64,000 nt of DNA from the NCBI RefSeq assembly GCF_006345805.1, contig NC_043002.1, forward strand, positions 22,010,001-22,074,000. Direction: 5' to 3'. Made by a program: the position numbers and the translations under genes. Source of the stretch: Octopus sinensis (lineage: Eukaryota). Of the stretch, positions 50,134 through 63,608 are shown in pieces (the stretch's first letter is position 1; every line of letters starts with the position of its first letter). Under the pieces are notes generated by a model. That model was given only the letters and a program-made list of their open reading frames with translations, ran no database searches and was not told the origin of the DNA.

Positions 50134-50869
50134 ATAGGCGAAATACCGGTAAGCACTTCGCCCGGCGTGCTAACGTCTCTGCCAGCTCGCCGCCTGAGTG
50201 TGTGAACTTGTATAATGAAATAATGTTGGACCTTGACACATTCCCAGTCATGTTTCGACACGTTGATAACACAATGTCCCATTCGCATAACAAATATTTG
50301 TAACTCGTTCAGATATTTCCTTTTTAAGGAAAAATCACAACCTTTCCAAACATCCAAAAACCGATATAACGTCATTTTCATAAAAGATATGAGTTCTCTT
50401 GTAAGCTCAAGATATGAGTTCTCTTGTAAGGGGCACTAATCACCCGGCCTAGGACCTAGCCACGTAGCCAGCCGATTGCAACTGCGGACGTTATCTTGAT
50501 AGCTGGGAGTGCTGAACAGGGGTACGGACAAAATTGTAAACATGTTTACAATTATTAATACATCAGATTGTTATTATTAGTTTTGTGTGCTATCAGGTGC
50601 TCAAACAGGCGACTAGCTGACGCCATAAGGCTGATCTCCACACTTCCCCTATTCTTCAACTTATTCGGCTTCAGCAGTCTTCGTTCGCTTGTAGATCAAA
50701 TAAATTTCTGAAAGCAGTTTTGGATTCTTACTTTTGGCAACCATTCATGGGACAATGTTTTAATCTCTTTCCAAATTTTTCCCATGCTTATATTTTTCAG
50801 TTATTTTTTCTATTTTTTTCTTTTTTTCACATTTTTTCACGCCTAACCTGGTCAAAACTTCTGATATAT

Positions 50870-51278
50870 TACTCTCTTTACTCTTTTACTTGTTTCAGTC
50901 ATTTGACTGCGGCCGAGCTGGAGCACCGCCTTTAGTCGAGCAAATCGACCCCGGGACTTATTCTATGTAAGCCCAGTACTTATTCTATCGGTCTCTTTTG
51001 CCGAACCGCTAAGTGACGGGGACGTGAACACACCAGCATCGGTTGTCAAGCAATGCTAGGGGGACAAACACAGACACACAAACACACACACACATACATA
51101 TATATGCATATATACGACAGGCTTCTTTCAGTTTCCGTCTACCAAATCCATTCACAAGGCTTTGCTTGGACCGAGGCTATAGTAGAAGACACTTGCCCAA
51201 GATGCCACGCAGTGGGACTGAACCCGGAACCATGTGGTTGGTTAGCAAGCTACTTACCACACAGCCACTCCTGCGCCT
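50870..51278 (-). mobile_element. SINE family A, young subfamily
   Basis: Near-identical to 63193-63608, sharing the variants AAGCCCAG, AAGTGACGG, CAATGCTAGGGGG and CCAAGATGCC. Confidence 0.85.
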
Positions 51279-51483
51279 ATTCGTTTTTATTTTCATTTTA
51301 CTTGTTGCAATCATTAAACTCAGGCCATGCTGGGGCATCACCTCGAAGAATTTTTAGTCGAATGTATCGACTCCAATATTTAAAAAAAATGATCTTTAAC
51401 AAGCACATAGATAAGCCTAAAAGGTCTTCCTACATGCTAGAGATAACAGCCAAATCTTTAAACATTATTTTTAAATATAATTT

Positions 51484-51700
51484 CTAATAAACATCGACCA
51501 TGAGGTTGACAGTATGTCTTCTCAACCATTCGATGATTTCGTTTTGCATTGCTGCTGAGGTGTAGGTGGCATTTTTTGGAATCCTGCTGTAAGATTCCAT
51601 GAGTTTTGAGTCTTTCTCTGGGCATTGTTTCGGATTAACTCGACGATTCAATGACAAGAAATCGGTTGTTTCCGTGACAACTCGACAATTCACTTCGGAT
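51484..51700 (-). mobile_element. hAT-type transposase fragment
   Basis: IPKNATYTSAAMQNEIIE resembles the conserved KNA.YTS..IQNE.I motif of hAT (ZMYM1/PRKRIR-related) transposases. Short and isolated. Confidence 0.55.
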
Positions 51701-51905
51701 ATCTTCGTGACCTCCGTGACAGCTGATGACTGTGTACTGGAATAATTTCATAAAAAGACCACAAGGCTACGTATCATCTTCCGAATAAAGATCCCGAAAA
51801 GCTTCATTTTCGTTTCCTCGAAGTAGTAAGAGTAATAATTTCTTAAAATTTATGTATTTTAAAATTAAACTCGAAAGAGATTTCGATTCAAGCAACTTTT
51901 AATAA

Positions 51906-52757
51906 CTAGATCCGTACCCGGTGGGAAAAATGGGAAAGAATATGTGTAACAGGTGTAAGGCATCGTATATTGAAGGAATATGACGAAAAAAATGCGCGCT
52001 GACAAAGGGGATGTGGGGAGGGGGCTCGGAAAATTCCCACGGTCCCACTATCAACCGTAGAGGATCCGAGCAGTAAACCTCAACACCCGGTCGCAGGAGC
52101 GAAACAGAAATCGTCTAATACTTCTAATGCAATGTATATTCAACAAATATTGTTTGGTGGACAAACACACACACACACACACACACGCACACACACATAC
52201 ACACACACATAAATATATACATATATACGACGGGCTTCTTAAAGGTTCCGTCTACCAAACCCACTCACAAGGCTGGCTCGAGGCTATAGTAGAAGACACT
52301 TGACCAAGTTACCACGCAGTGGGACTGAACCCGGAACCATGTGGTTGGTAAGGAAGCTACTTACCACACAGCCACTCCACTCTTTCCCGAACACATCTCC
52401 TCTAAACCTTGCCAGCGCTGTTTCACCGAACACACATCTCGACAAAACTCTTTTTTGTGGGGGGGGGGGGGCCCTCCCCACTCACCCGTTTGTCAGCGCG
52501 CATTTTTTTCTCGATATTTGTTGAATATATATTGCATTAGAAGTATTAGACTATTTCTGATTTGCTCCTGCGACCGGGTGTTGATGTTTACTGCTCGGAT
52601 CCTCTACGGTTGATCGTTGGACCGTGGGAATTTTTGAGCCCCCTACCCACACCCCTGTTTGTCAGCGCGCATTTTTTCGTCATATTCCTTCAATATACGA
52701 TGCCTTACACCTGTTACACTTATTGTTTTCCATTTTTGCCACCGGGTGCGGATCTAG
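51906..52757. repeat. Pair of ~245-bp inverted repeats (51906-52150 / 52514-52757) enclosing a SINE-A fragment
   Basis: CTAGATCCG(T/C)ACCCGGTGG..GAGGATCCGAGCAGTAAAC..CAACAAATAT is read forward on the left and reverse-complemented on the right. Confidence 0.8.
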
Positions 52758-53404
52758 ATATTAATCGGTTTATTTCAATTTCTTCAAAGTTATGCTTTTT
52801 TTTTTTTAGTTAGACACAAAATAATTTCTGTATAAATTTTGTTCAAAGAGGTAAGAAAAATTATTCAGTGTTAGTTCTCACCTGAAAAATCCTTTTTGAA
52901 TGTATATTTTGGGAAATTTCAAAAATTTTCTTTCCTGTTTTGCGAAATTCTCTTTGACTAGTAGAAATAAAATGACTCTTTAACGTCCGTCTCTGTTCAT
53001 ATATATACGTGTGTAGTGATGCGTTTACTACCATAAATCTCTAACTACAGCAACAATTCTTCACACATTTTTCAACAGCAACAACGACAATCACCAGCAC
53101 CACCGCCGCCGTCACCACCACGACACAACAACTGACCCAGCGTCAGCCACCCCTTAATTCAACCCACAGTTGATGACCGGGTCAGCAGCTAATTCTGCAA
53201 CAACAATTACAGCTACAAGAAACACTTTGACCAGTTCTAATTTTCAAATCACTAACGACTAAATCAAAAGAAATTCAACTTATTGCATCTTTAGCGACTT
53301 CAGATATTACTTATGAGGGTGGCTAATTCTCATTCTGGGGGGTGGAGGGGCTGAGATTCTAACTAGGGGTGCTTAGCATCCCATATCTACCCCGCGTAGA
53401 TATG

Positions 53405-53849
53405 CGGTGAGCTGGCAGAAACGTGTTAGCACGCCGGGCGAAATGCGTAGCCGTATTTCGTCTGCCGTTACGTTCTGAGTTCAAATTCCGCCGAGGTCGA
53501 CTTTGCCTTTCATCCTTTCGGGGTCGATAAATTAAGTACCAGTTACGCACCAGTGCGTAACTGGTACTTAATTTATCGATATAATCGATATAATCGACTT
53601 AATCTGTTCGTCTGTCCTTGTTTGTCCTCTCTGTATTTAGCCCCTTGTGGCTAGTAAAGAAATAGGTATTTCGTCGGCTGCTACGTTCTGAGTTCAAATT
53701 CCGCCGAGGTCGACTTTGCCTTTCATCCTTTCGGAGTCGATAAATTAAGTACCAGTTACGCACTGGGGTCGATATAATCGACTTAATCCGTTTGTCTGTC
53801 CTTGTTTATTACCTCAGTGTTTGGCCCCTTGTAGGTAGTAAAGAAATAG
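53405..53849 (+). mobile_element. SINE family B dimer
   Basis: Junction AAAGAAATA|GGTATTTCGTCGG at ~53664; ends GTAGTAAAGAAATA at ~53848. Confidence 0.8.
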
Positions 53850-54523
53850 GCACCTGTTGTCAGGAGTCGTTAAATTCAACGCAACAGAGCGCTCAGCCGG
53901 AATTTGTGTAGTACAGAATTCGATTTTCTGTAGCTGTTGACCACTTTTTTTCCCCATCTATAGGTGTATATTTAACTAATTTTCTAAAGGCCATTTTCAC
54001 AGCTATTCACCTGCGTTCGAGATTTCCTTAACTTCTAAAAATATCTGCATAGAGCAGTTTCGGATAGGTTTTCAGTAGAGTAATTTGTCCAAGAGAAGAA
54101 CCAGTTAAAAGATTCAGTTTGGGGTCCTGCAGAGTAAAGCGAGAAATTCTTGGTTTGGACGGTTCTTACCTCAATCTGTTTCTTTATTAATAAAACAGGT
54201 GTTTCCAGTTATGTCCGCCAAAGTACTTTCGCAGGTTTTTATCCAATAACTTCATAGTCAGTTGTTTATATGTTTTCAAATCCATTCTGTAAATATGTCC
54301 GGTGCTTTTGGAGGGAAAATTTAGCATTCCGAGTTACTGAAAGAAGCTATAGTCAAATCTATCAGTCTGTCTGTCTATGTGTCTGTCCGTCCTTCTGTGT
54401 GTTTGTATGTATCTATCTGTATATTCTTCTAAACGGCCGTCCGTCCGTCTGTCTATCCGTCCATCCGCCTGTCTGTCTGTCTATTTGCATGTATGTATGT
54501 ATGTATGTATGTATGTATGTATG

Positions 54524-54555
<32 letters not shown>

Positions 54556-55117
54556 AAATACAAAGTGGGACAAGAACGCAAAACAACCGGACAGTTAGAT
54601 GATACAAAAATGGGACAACAAAACATCCAGATAGACGATACAAAAGAAACAAGGACGGGTCATTCGCAGTTTTCTCTCCTCAGTCAAGTACCAGATTATC
54701 TTCGCAATTTCGGCTGAGTATGTATGCATGTATGTATGTATGCATGTATGCATGCATGAATGTATGTATGTATGTATGTATGTATGTATGTATGTATGTA
54801 TGTATGTATGCAATAAAAGGAAAAAAAAAACGTATGGTATATAAACGAACGATATAATTTTTATTGACTGTACAACCGGACGGGAGACAGACACGGAAGG
54901 TTTCTAATTCTTCATCAGTTATTAACCAATTGGTCATAATCGGTTTCGCACCATATTTGTGTATCTATCTGTAAGAATGAAGCACAGACGTTTTTCTGTT
55001 GAAGAGGAGAGAGTACATTATGTACACATGCATGAGCATATATATATATATATATATATGTGTGTGGTGTGTGTGTGTGTGTGTGTGTATGTGTGTCTGT
55101 GTGTGTTTGTGTGCGTG

Positions 55118-55184
<67 letters not shown>

Positions 55185-55274
55185 ATGTTTGCCTGCCTGT
55201 CTGTCTGTCTATCTATACGTGCGACATGAGCTCAGTTTTAAGCTGAAACAAGTTAAAGAGTTAAAAAGTTATGT

Positions 55275-55314
<40 letters not shown>

Positions 55315-55789
55315 TTGTGTATCTATCTGTAAGAACGAAACTCAAGCGTTTTCCTGTTTCTACAGTAAATATATGAACCACTAAACGAACCTTCTTTGCA
55401 ATCCCTCTCTGCCTCAATGAAATAGTAGGGGGAAAAAATCCCTTCAAATCAAGGTCTGTTGTTTTAGAAAGGAACAACTTGTTTAATTTACAACAGATAC
55501 GAAAAGGAGCACATTCGAGGACAGAAAGTATTGCTGAAGAGGTCATAGATGTGTGACGATAGATTTCCAGACGATAGACATGAGTCAAAATAAGAACAGT
55601 GACAAACGAGTGAAGAACGAATATATAGTGCGTGTGTTTATAGAGAAAAAAAACAACAAAAACTACCCATCATCCTAAAATGCAACAGAACAAGATAAAT
55701 TTGTCAAAATTAAACAATGGTTCAAGGGAGATTACTCTTAATAAAACTATTAGAGTTATTTCCCTTGAAGCATTGTTTATGTGTCGTTA

Positions 55790-55839
<50 letters not shown>

Positions 55840-55852
55840 GTCTATCTATCTA

Positions 55853-55943
<91 letters not shown>

Positions 55944-56164
55944 GTCTGTCTGTCTGTCTGTCTGCCTGTCTGTCTATGTGTCCATTCGTCCATCTGTTTG
56001 TTCTCTGTCTCTCTATCTAACTATCTCTGAATGGAAATATATATATACGTGCGAATACATTTATAATGATTATACCTGTGTACGCACACACACACACACA
56101 CGCACTCACACTCACAAACGCAGACATGAATATGTATATATATATACACACATATATATATATT

Positions 56165-56397
56165 CTTTTACTCTTTTACTTGTTTCAATCATTCGACTGT
56201 GGCCACGCTGGAGCACAGGACTTATTCTATTTAAGCCTAGTACTTATTCTATTGTTCTGTTTTACCGAACCGCTAAGTTACAGGGACGTAAACATACCAG
56301 CACCGGTTATCAAGCGATATTGGGGGGGAGGAACAAACACAGACACACAAGCATACACACACACATACATACTTACATTCATACATACATACATACA

Positions 56398-56437
<40 letters not shown>

Positions 56438-56653
56438 GTGTGTGTGTGTGTGTGCGTGTGTGTGTGGTGTGTGTGTATGTTATATATATATATATATATA
56501 CACACGTATATTTATATATTTATGTATATATATTATATTAATATATATATATCTATATACATAAATATATAAAAATAAATAAATGTCTGTATATATGTAT
56601 ATATATTATATTTATATATATATATATATATATAATATATATATATATATGTA

Positions 56654-56726
<73 letters not shown>

Positions 56727-56890
56727 TGTATATACGACGGGCTTCTTCCAGTTTCCGTCCACCAGATCCATTCACAAGGCTTGGGTTTGGCCCGAGGCTA
56801 TGGTAGAAGACACTTGCCCAAGTTGCCACGCAGTAGGACTGAACCCAAGACCATGTGGTTGGTAAGCATGATAGTTACCACACAGCCACT
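56165..56890 (-). mobile_element. SINE family A with a greatly expanded internal (TA)/(TG) tract
   Basis: SINE-A halves at ~56165-56345 and ~56730-56890 are separated by microsatellite. Confidence 0.75.
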
Positions 56891-56918
56891 CCTATATATA
56901 CATACATATATAATATAT

Positions 56919-57004
<86 letters not shown>

Positions 57005-57429
57005 ATATATAATATATATATATATATATAAAAATTATATATGAGGATAATATCGTATTAAGTATCAAAATTATCAAGTGCCAGCAGTGGCCGTGAAGAA
57101 ATACCTTACAAAGGTAAAAATTTTTTATAACAATTAAAAATGAGGGTGTCTAAAAGACACCAACATGCCGAAATAGCAGTCGAAATTCTGACTATAAACC
57201 ACGTAAAATGTTCATATCGTACCATGAGGTAAAGCGGAGGGACAAAACATACAAGCAAAAATTATTGAATAATTCAAGATCCAAGGATTTCTTGTTCTGC
57301 TTTAAATAAGCTTTACCGTCATCAATTGAATATATCAAGGGTACATAAATGCAGATATATATATGCACAGCAAACGATATACTAACATATACGAGCGCCG
57401 TACATACATACATATGCACGTATGGACAC

Positions 57430-57482
<53 letters not shown>

Positions 57483-57713
57483 ACACCATGCATCTATATA
57501 TAATGAGCAGTTTCATCGTTCGACGATGGATGAAGGTGTTTCGCAATTTATTGTTTAGCAGTCTTACTACCGATTATCTGTTTATTGTGATCAAATGATC
57601 GTATTTTCATAAACTCCCACCCCATCAGATCGACTTTATCTCTACGGGTGCATATGCGTGGTACATGTCTTATGTCGAAAATGGTCGCTGAGTTACTAAA
57701 ATATAGTGTTTTT

Positions 57714-57945
57714 CAATATTTACACTATTTACATTATTTACATTCGACGGATATTTGTCCTCATCTTGTTCTTTGTTAACACAACGTTTCGGCTGATATA
57801 CCTTCCAGCCTTCATCAGGTGTCCTGCGGAAATTTCGAACCTGGGTTCTCTTTCTTAAGGTATTTTTCGATGTTATTATTATTCTTGTTGTTATTGTTGA
57901 TGTTGTTGTTGTTCAGGTCACTGCCTGGAATCGAACTCGGAATCT
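57714..57945 (-). mobile_element. SINE-like unit: Pol III B box + (AAC/AAT)n + hammerhead motif + short tandem tail
   Basis: Minus strand has GAGTTCGATTCC (B box 57927-57936), an AAC/AAT tract, the hammerhead motif at 57778-57823, and a TGTAAATAA-type repeated tail at ~57714-57742. No A box is recognisable. Confidence 0.6.
57778..57823 (-). ncRNA. Minimal type I hammerhead ribozyme motif
   Basis: The minus strand reads GACAC-CTGATGA-A-GGCTG-GAAGGTATAT-CAGCC-GAAACGTT-GTGTT. Stem I GACAC/GTGTT, stem II 5 bp, palindromic ACGT stem III, GUU triplet, predicted cut at 57783/57782. There is one extra A after A9. Confidence 0.68.
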
Positions 57946-58020
57946 TCTGATGATTCCAGAAGGTCGGTAGAAGCGTAAAATGATATAAAATAGATATGAA
58001 TAATATAATATGTAAAATAT

Positions 58021-58309
58021 AGGCGTAGGAGTGGGTGTGTAGTAAGTAGCTTGCTGACGACCCACATGGTTCCGGGTTCAGTCCCACTGCGTGGCACCTT
58101 GGGCAAGTGTCTTCTACTATAGCCTCGGGCCGACCAAAGCCTTGTGAGTGGATTTGGTAGATGGAAACTGAAAGAAGTCTGTCGTATATATATATATATA
58201 TATATATATATAATGTAATAATTTGAATTCGCCTTAAATGGTCCCTTTACATACTGAATACTTGGTGAAATTGATTAATAATTAATTAATTTTACCCTCA
58301 ATTGTTGAA

Positions 58310-58349
<40 letters not shown>

Positions 58350-58540
58350 GTGTGTGTATATGTTTGTGTGTCTGTGTTTGTCCCTCAACATCGCTTGACA
58401 ACCGATGGAGGTGTGTTTACGTCCCCGTAACTTAGTGTTTCGGCAAAAGAGACCGATAGAATAAGTACTATTTGCTCGACTAAAGGTCCAGTATGCCCAC
58501 AGTCAAATGACTGAAGCAAGTAAAAGAGTAAAAGAGTAAG
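58021..58540 (+). mobile_element. SINE family A with a ~110-bp insertion in its (TA)n tract
   Basis: Head at 58021, 3' body 58345-58540, unrelated AT-rich insert at ~58210-58310. Confidence 0.8.
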
Positions 58541-58894
58541 AGTATATACTTTAATAGATGCGTTTAACTAATGAGTTTAACTACTTTTATCATTTACTTG
58601 TTTCACTCATTAGACTGCGGCCATGGTGGGGCACCGCCTTGAAGAAATTTTAGTTGAATAAATCGAACCCAGGACATTTTTTTAAAGCCTGGCACGTATT
58701 CTATTGGATTTCTTTTAGCAAGCAAAAAAACTTTATGGTAATAAAACACACACGCGCGCACATTCAGACACACGCACAAACACACATGCACACACAGATG
58801 CACACGCACACATACACACACGTGCGCACACACACATACGTGTGAGGACAAACGAAAGAAAAGGGCACTCACTACATTGGAACTGGACTGGACT

Positions 58895-59270
58895 GGAAGC
58901 ACTCCGTCGGTTACGACGATGAGGGTTCCGGTTGATCCGATCAACGGAACAGCCTGCTCGTGAAATTAACGTGTATGTGGCTGAGCACTCCACAGACACG
59001 TGTACCCTTAATGTAGTTCTCGGGGATATTCAGCGTGACACAGAGAGTGACAAGGCCGGCCCTTTGAAATACAGGTACAACAGAAACAGGAAGAGTGAGA
59101 GAAAGTTGTGGTGAAAGAGTACAGCAGGGATCACCACCATCCCCTGCCGGAGACTCGTGGAGCTTTAGATGTTTTCGGTCAATAAACACTCACAACGCCC
59201 GGTTTGGGAATCGAAACCGCGATCCTACGACCGCGAGTCCGCTGCCCTAACCACTGGGCCATTGCGCCTT
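58895..59270 (-). mobile_element. SINE family C
   Basis: Same family as 36873-37224. Confidence 0.8.
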
Positions 59271-59532
59271 CACATTCACTACATTAACAGGATGTTCAAT
59301 GTATTATTTAACAGTTTCAATTGGTTCTATGTAACTAAAAGTTTCGCAGGGCCCTAACGGGAGACCAAATGTGTCTATCTTTGAAGCCAAAATCCAGAAA
59401 GAGACAGGCCACTGTTAGGGGCCAAGGAAACTCTAAGTTACATGAACCGAATAAAAATGTTGTAATAAACACATACACACATACATGCATTATATATATA
59501 TATATATATACACGTTTATATATATATATATG

Positions 59533-59610
<78 letters not shown>

Positions 59611-61376
59611 TTTTTTATATATTTGTTGTGCAAGATTTTTTATGTGAAGTCGTGTGTTGAAACAAATATGTTATATTTCGGAATGGTCATTTTGCCAGTT
59701 TAGCCAATAAATGGTTGACGGTTAGTAAGGAGAGACACAAATAAGAAAGAAGAAAACAAAGTACCATATATATATATATATACTAGACTACTCGTGACCC
59801 GTTGGGTAACTGGGGAAGTCTGAGCTTCCTAGCAACGGAGTTTTGATTCTTGTTTTTTTTTTTCTGTTTCATGTTATTTCGCATGATTTCAACGAATGTG
59901 ACGTCGAAATCGCGCGTAAACAGCTTCTTTCCTTGGAAAAAGAGAAATTTGGGTGCTATTTCTTGCATGCCTTGCTACCACGTAACAGGTATTTCGGGTC
60001 CGTCGTCGCAAGTAGCTGTTACGTGGTGGCAGGGTGTGCTAAAAATAACAGCCAAATCTTTGGAGATGAGATACGTTGAATGCACTCGAAAGAAACCTAT
60101 GGAAAAAACTATTTCACACCGAGGTTACGAACAGGTCTTTTACAAAATATTTACTGTATTTTTAAAGTAATTTTCACTTTAAAATATTTTGCCTATCATA
60201 ATGTGTCTAATGGAAACGTTAGAGTTTCTTCCCTCTTGGGGTTAACTTATTTTCGGAGTATTTTCCCATTAGGCACCATTTTGGGAATTTATACCCGCCA
60301 AACCATGAATAACTCAGTAACTACTGGTTCGATTTATGCGAAATTTGTTTTATTCTATTCGTATTAACATTTCAGAGACACATTACTTTCATAGTATCTT
60401 CCCATTATGAGCCATTTTGGCTGTGTAACATTGCAAGCAAGCAAGCATGATTGAACTTGACTTTTAATGTATTATATATATCTGATGAAGGGGATTTTTC
60501 CTTGTGTAGTATGTCCTGTACCTTGTTTTTCTGTTGAAAAAAATGTTTTCTCGTTTTCGTTTCTCGTTGAGTTCACGTCTCTGTTTTTTTTGTTGTAAAA
60601 AACATATTTTCCGTTTTCGTTTTTCGTTGAGTTCTACGTCTAGTTGTGTGTCCTGTACTCACGTGTATATTATTTATATATGCATGTATATATACATGTA
60701 GATGTAGGTACGTATATTATATGTTTTGTACGTAGACATATATTTTATTATTACATTATATATATTTATATATATATATATAATGTATGTATGCACACAC
60801 ATAACTGTGTCGACCAAACTACCAGATGTTATACATTGCTGTTCACAGTGCTTTTCACATTGTTTTAGCCTTCGAATGATGCCATCCCGCTGGTTAGGCG
60901 AGTATAACTGTATTCCTTTTAAATGGTAAGGCAATATGTCGCTGGATTATACATTTAGAGCTGAGTAGTCTGGACAGAGTGACTTGAAATGAAGAACACA
61001 ATGCAGTGTCGGTCTGGGATTCGAAATCCCGACCCCGCGAGTGTGAGTGCAATATACTAACCACTAAGTCACGCGCCTACAGATAAGATAGACACACACA
61101 AATACACACATACGTACGCATGCACACACGTACGCACACACACAAGCACACACACACGCACGCAAACACACTCATATACAAAGGTACGCACGCGTGGACA
61201 CACACACGCACGCACGCACACACTTACCCACACACTCCTACTTTAACATCTTTATTTCAAGGTAAAAGTTAAACCTATCAACGACTCCCTACAGTTCAGC
61301 TTATGCATACATACATACATACATACATACATACATACATACATACATACATACATACATGCATACATACATACAT

Positions 61377-61415
<39 letters not shown>

Positions 61416-61568
61416 ATTGTAGTTATTTTTTCTTATAATCTCCGTTAAAGTCTTAGAGAATCAACCAGTCAGCAGTTGATAAGGTTCACCGAGTGCAAAG
61501 TAACTCTTGATTGTCCAGTCCTACAGCCATCCAGGCATCCATCCATTCATACATCAGCTCAGGTTGCG

Positions 61569-61605
<37 letters not shown>

Positions 61606-61716
61606 TGAAACGCACAAGCCAGCCAACCGGTAGCATCTTTCAATCAAGAAACTCTATTGGCCACTTGAAAAACAAAACACAAACACTTGGATTAAACAAC
61701 GCCCTATTTTTCGCTG

Positions 61717-61940
61717 ACCGCCGCCGCCGCCGCCACCACCACCACCACCAACCACCACCACCACCACCATCATCATCATCACCACCACCATCACCACCAC
61801 CACCACCACCACCACCACCACCACCATCATCATCATCACCACCATCATCATCATCACCACCATCACCATCACCACCACCACCACCACCACCACCATCATC
61901 ATCATCACCACCACCACCACCAGCACCACCACCACACTCC
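61717..61940. repeat. (CCA/CAT)n trinucleotide low-complexity tract
   Basis: Direct inspection. No homologous coding context was recognised. Confidence 0.8.
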
Positions 61941-61966
61941 ACCAACGTCACTTTCTATCGACTGTA

Positions 61967-62010
<44 letters not shown>

Positions 62011-62019
62011 CCTGTGTAT

Positions 62020-62228
62020 CTTTTACTTTTTTCAATCATTAGACTGCGGCCATGCTAGGGCAACACGTTGAAAAATTTTAGTCGAACGAATCGACCCAGT
62101 GCTTATTTTTTCTAAAGCCTTATTTTTTATTTTCCATTTTATCGGTGTCTTTGCCGAACCGCTGAGTAACAGACGTAATCACACACCAGCACCGATCGTC
62201 AAGCGGTGGTGGTGGACAAACATAGACA

Positions 62229-62297
<69 letters not shown>

Positions 62298-62486
62298 ACA
62301 TACACACACACACACACAAACACACATACAATAGGCTTCTTTAAGTCTCCTGTTGCCAAATCCATTCTCAAGGCTCTGGTCGGCCTGAGGCTATAGTGGA
62401 AAATACTTGCTCAACGTGCTACGCTGTGGAACTGAACCCGGAGTCACGAGTTTGTGAAATAAGCTTCTTACCACACAGCCACGCCT
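62020..62486 (-). mobile_element. SINE family A (diverged)
   Basis: Reverse-complement consensus blocks with an internal (CA)n. Confidence 0.75.
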
Positions 62487-62517
62487 ATATGTAGGTATTT
62501 GTAATGTAGGTTTCATT

Positions 62518-62922
62518 AAGGCGGTGAGTTGGCAGAGACGTTAGCACACCGGCCGAAATGCTTAGCGGTATTTCGTCTGCCGTTACGTTGTGAGTTAAAA
62601 TTCCGCCGAGGTCGGCTTTGCCTTTCATCCTTTCGGGGTCGATAAATTAAGTACTAGTTACACACTGGGGTCGATGTAATCAACTTAATACCTATGTCTG
62701 TCCTTGTTTGTCCCCTCTGTGTTTAGCCCCTTGTGGGTAATAAAGAAATAGAAATAGGTATTTCGTCTGTCTTTACGTTCTGAGTTCAAATTCCGCCGAG
62801 GTTAACTTTGCCCTTCATCCTTTCGGGGTCGATAAATTAAGTACCTATTGTGTACTGAGGTCGATCTAATCGACTGGCCCCCTCCCCCAAAATTTCGGGC
62901 CTTCTGTCTAGAGTAGAAAAGA
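62518..62922 (+). mobile_element. SINE B/B' composite with TSD
   Basis: Junction AATAAAGAAATAGAAATA|GGTATTTCGTCTG at ~62756. Flanking repeat AATGTAGG(T/G)TTCATTAA. Confidence 0.8.
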
Positions 62923-63192
62923 ATGTAGGGTTCATTAAAACATTCTATATATCTTAACGTAGATATGCTAATAGAAAGCAACAATGCTGTAGTATTCGTC
63001 TCGAAACAACATTTAAAGGTGCTATGTCTTTTCGTCCGACGTCACTTCTCAAACGTCTTTTCGTTCACATCTTTCCGTCCGACCTCTTTTTGTCCGATGA
63101 TTTTTGTTTTGTCCAACGACAAAGACAAACCCTTTTAATAAATCTCTCAATGATTATTTGATTTTGATGTTTACTTTGTTTTCTAAAGAGGT

Positions 63193-63608
63193 TACTCTTT
63201 TACTCTTTTACATGTTTCAGTCATTTGACTGCGGCCATGTTGGAGCACCGCCTTTAGTCGAGCAAATCGACCCCGGGACTTATTCTTTGTAAGCCCAGTA
63301 CTTATTCTATCGGTCTCTTTTGCCGAACCGCTAAGTGACGGGGACGTAAACACACCAGCATCGGTTGTCAAGCAATGCTAGGGGGACAAACACACACACA
63401 CAAACACACACATATACACATATATACATATACATACATATATACGACAGGCTTCTTTCAGCTTCCGTCTACCAAATCCACTCACAAGGCATTGGTCGGC
63501 CCGGGGCTATAGCAGAAGACACTTGCCCAAGATGCCACGCAATGGGGCTGAACCCGGAACCATGTGGTTGGTTAGCAAACTACTTACCACACAGCCACTC
63601 CTGCGCCT
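63193..63608 (-). mobile_element. SINE family A, young subfamily
   Basis: Near-identical to 50870-51278. Confidence 0.85.

Noticed and set aside
54890-54920. CTGATGA..GAAAC on the minus strand
   Set aside because: No credible stem II or stem I; also rejected CTGATGA at ~8738, ~27430, ~57948 and ~60482 for lacking a properly placed GAAAC.
61476-62042. 188-aa Pro/Ser-rich ORF
   Set aside because: Composed of (CCAG)n, (CCA/CAT)n and (TG)n repeats running into a SINE; no domain or splice context recognised.
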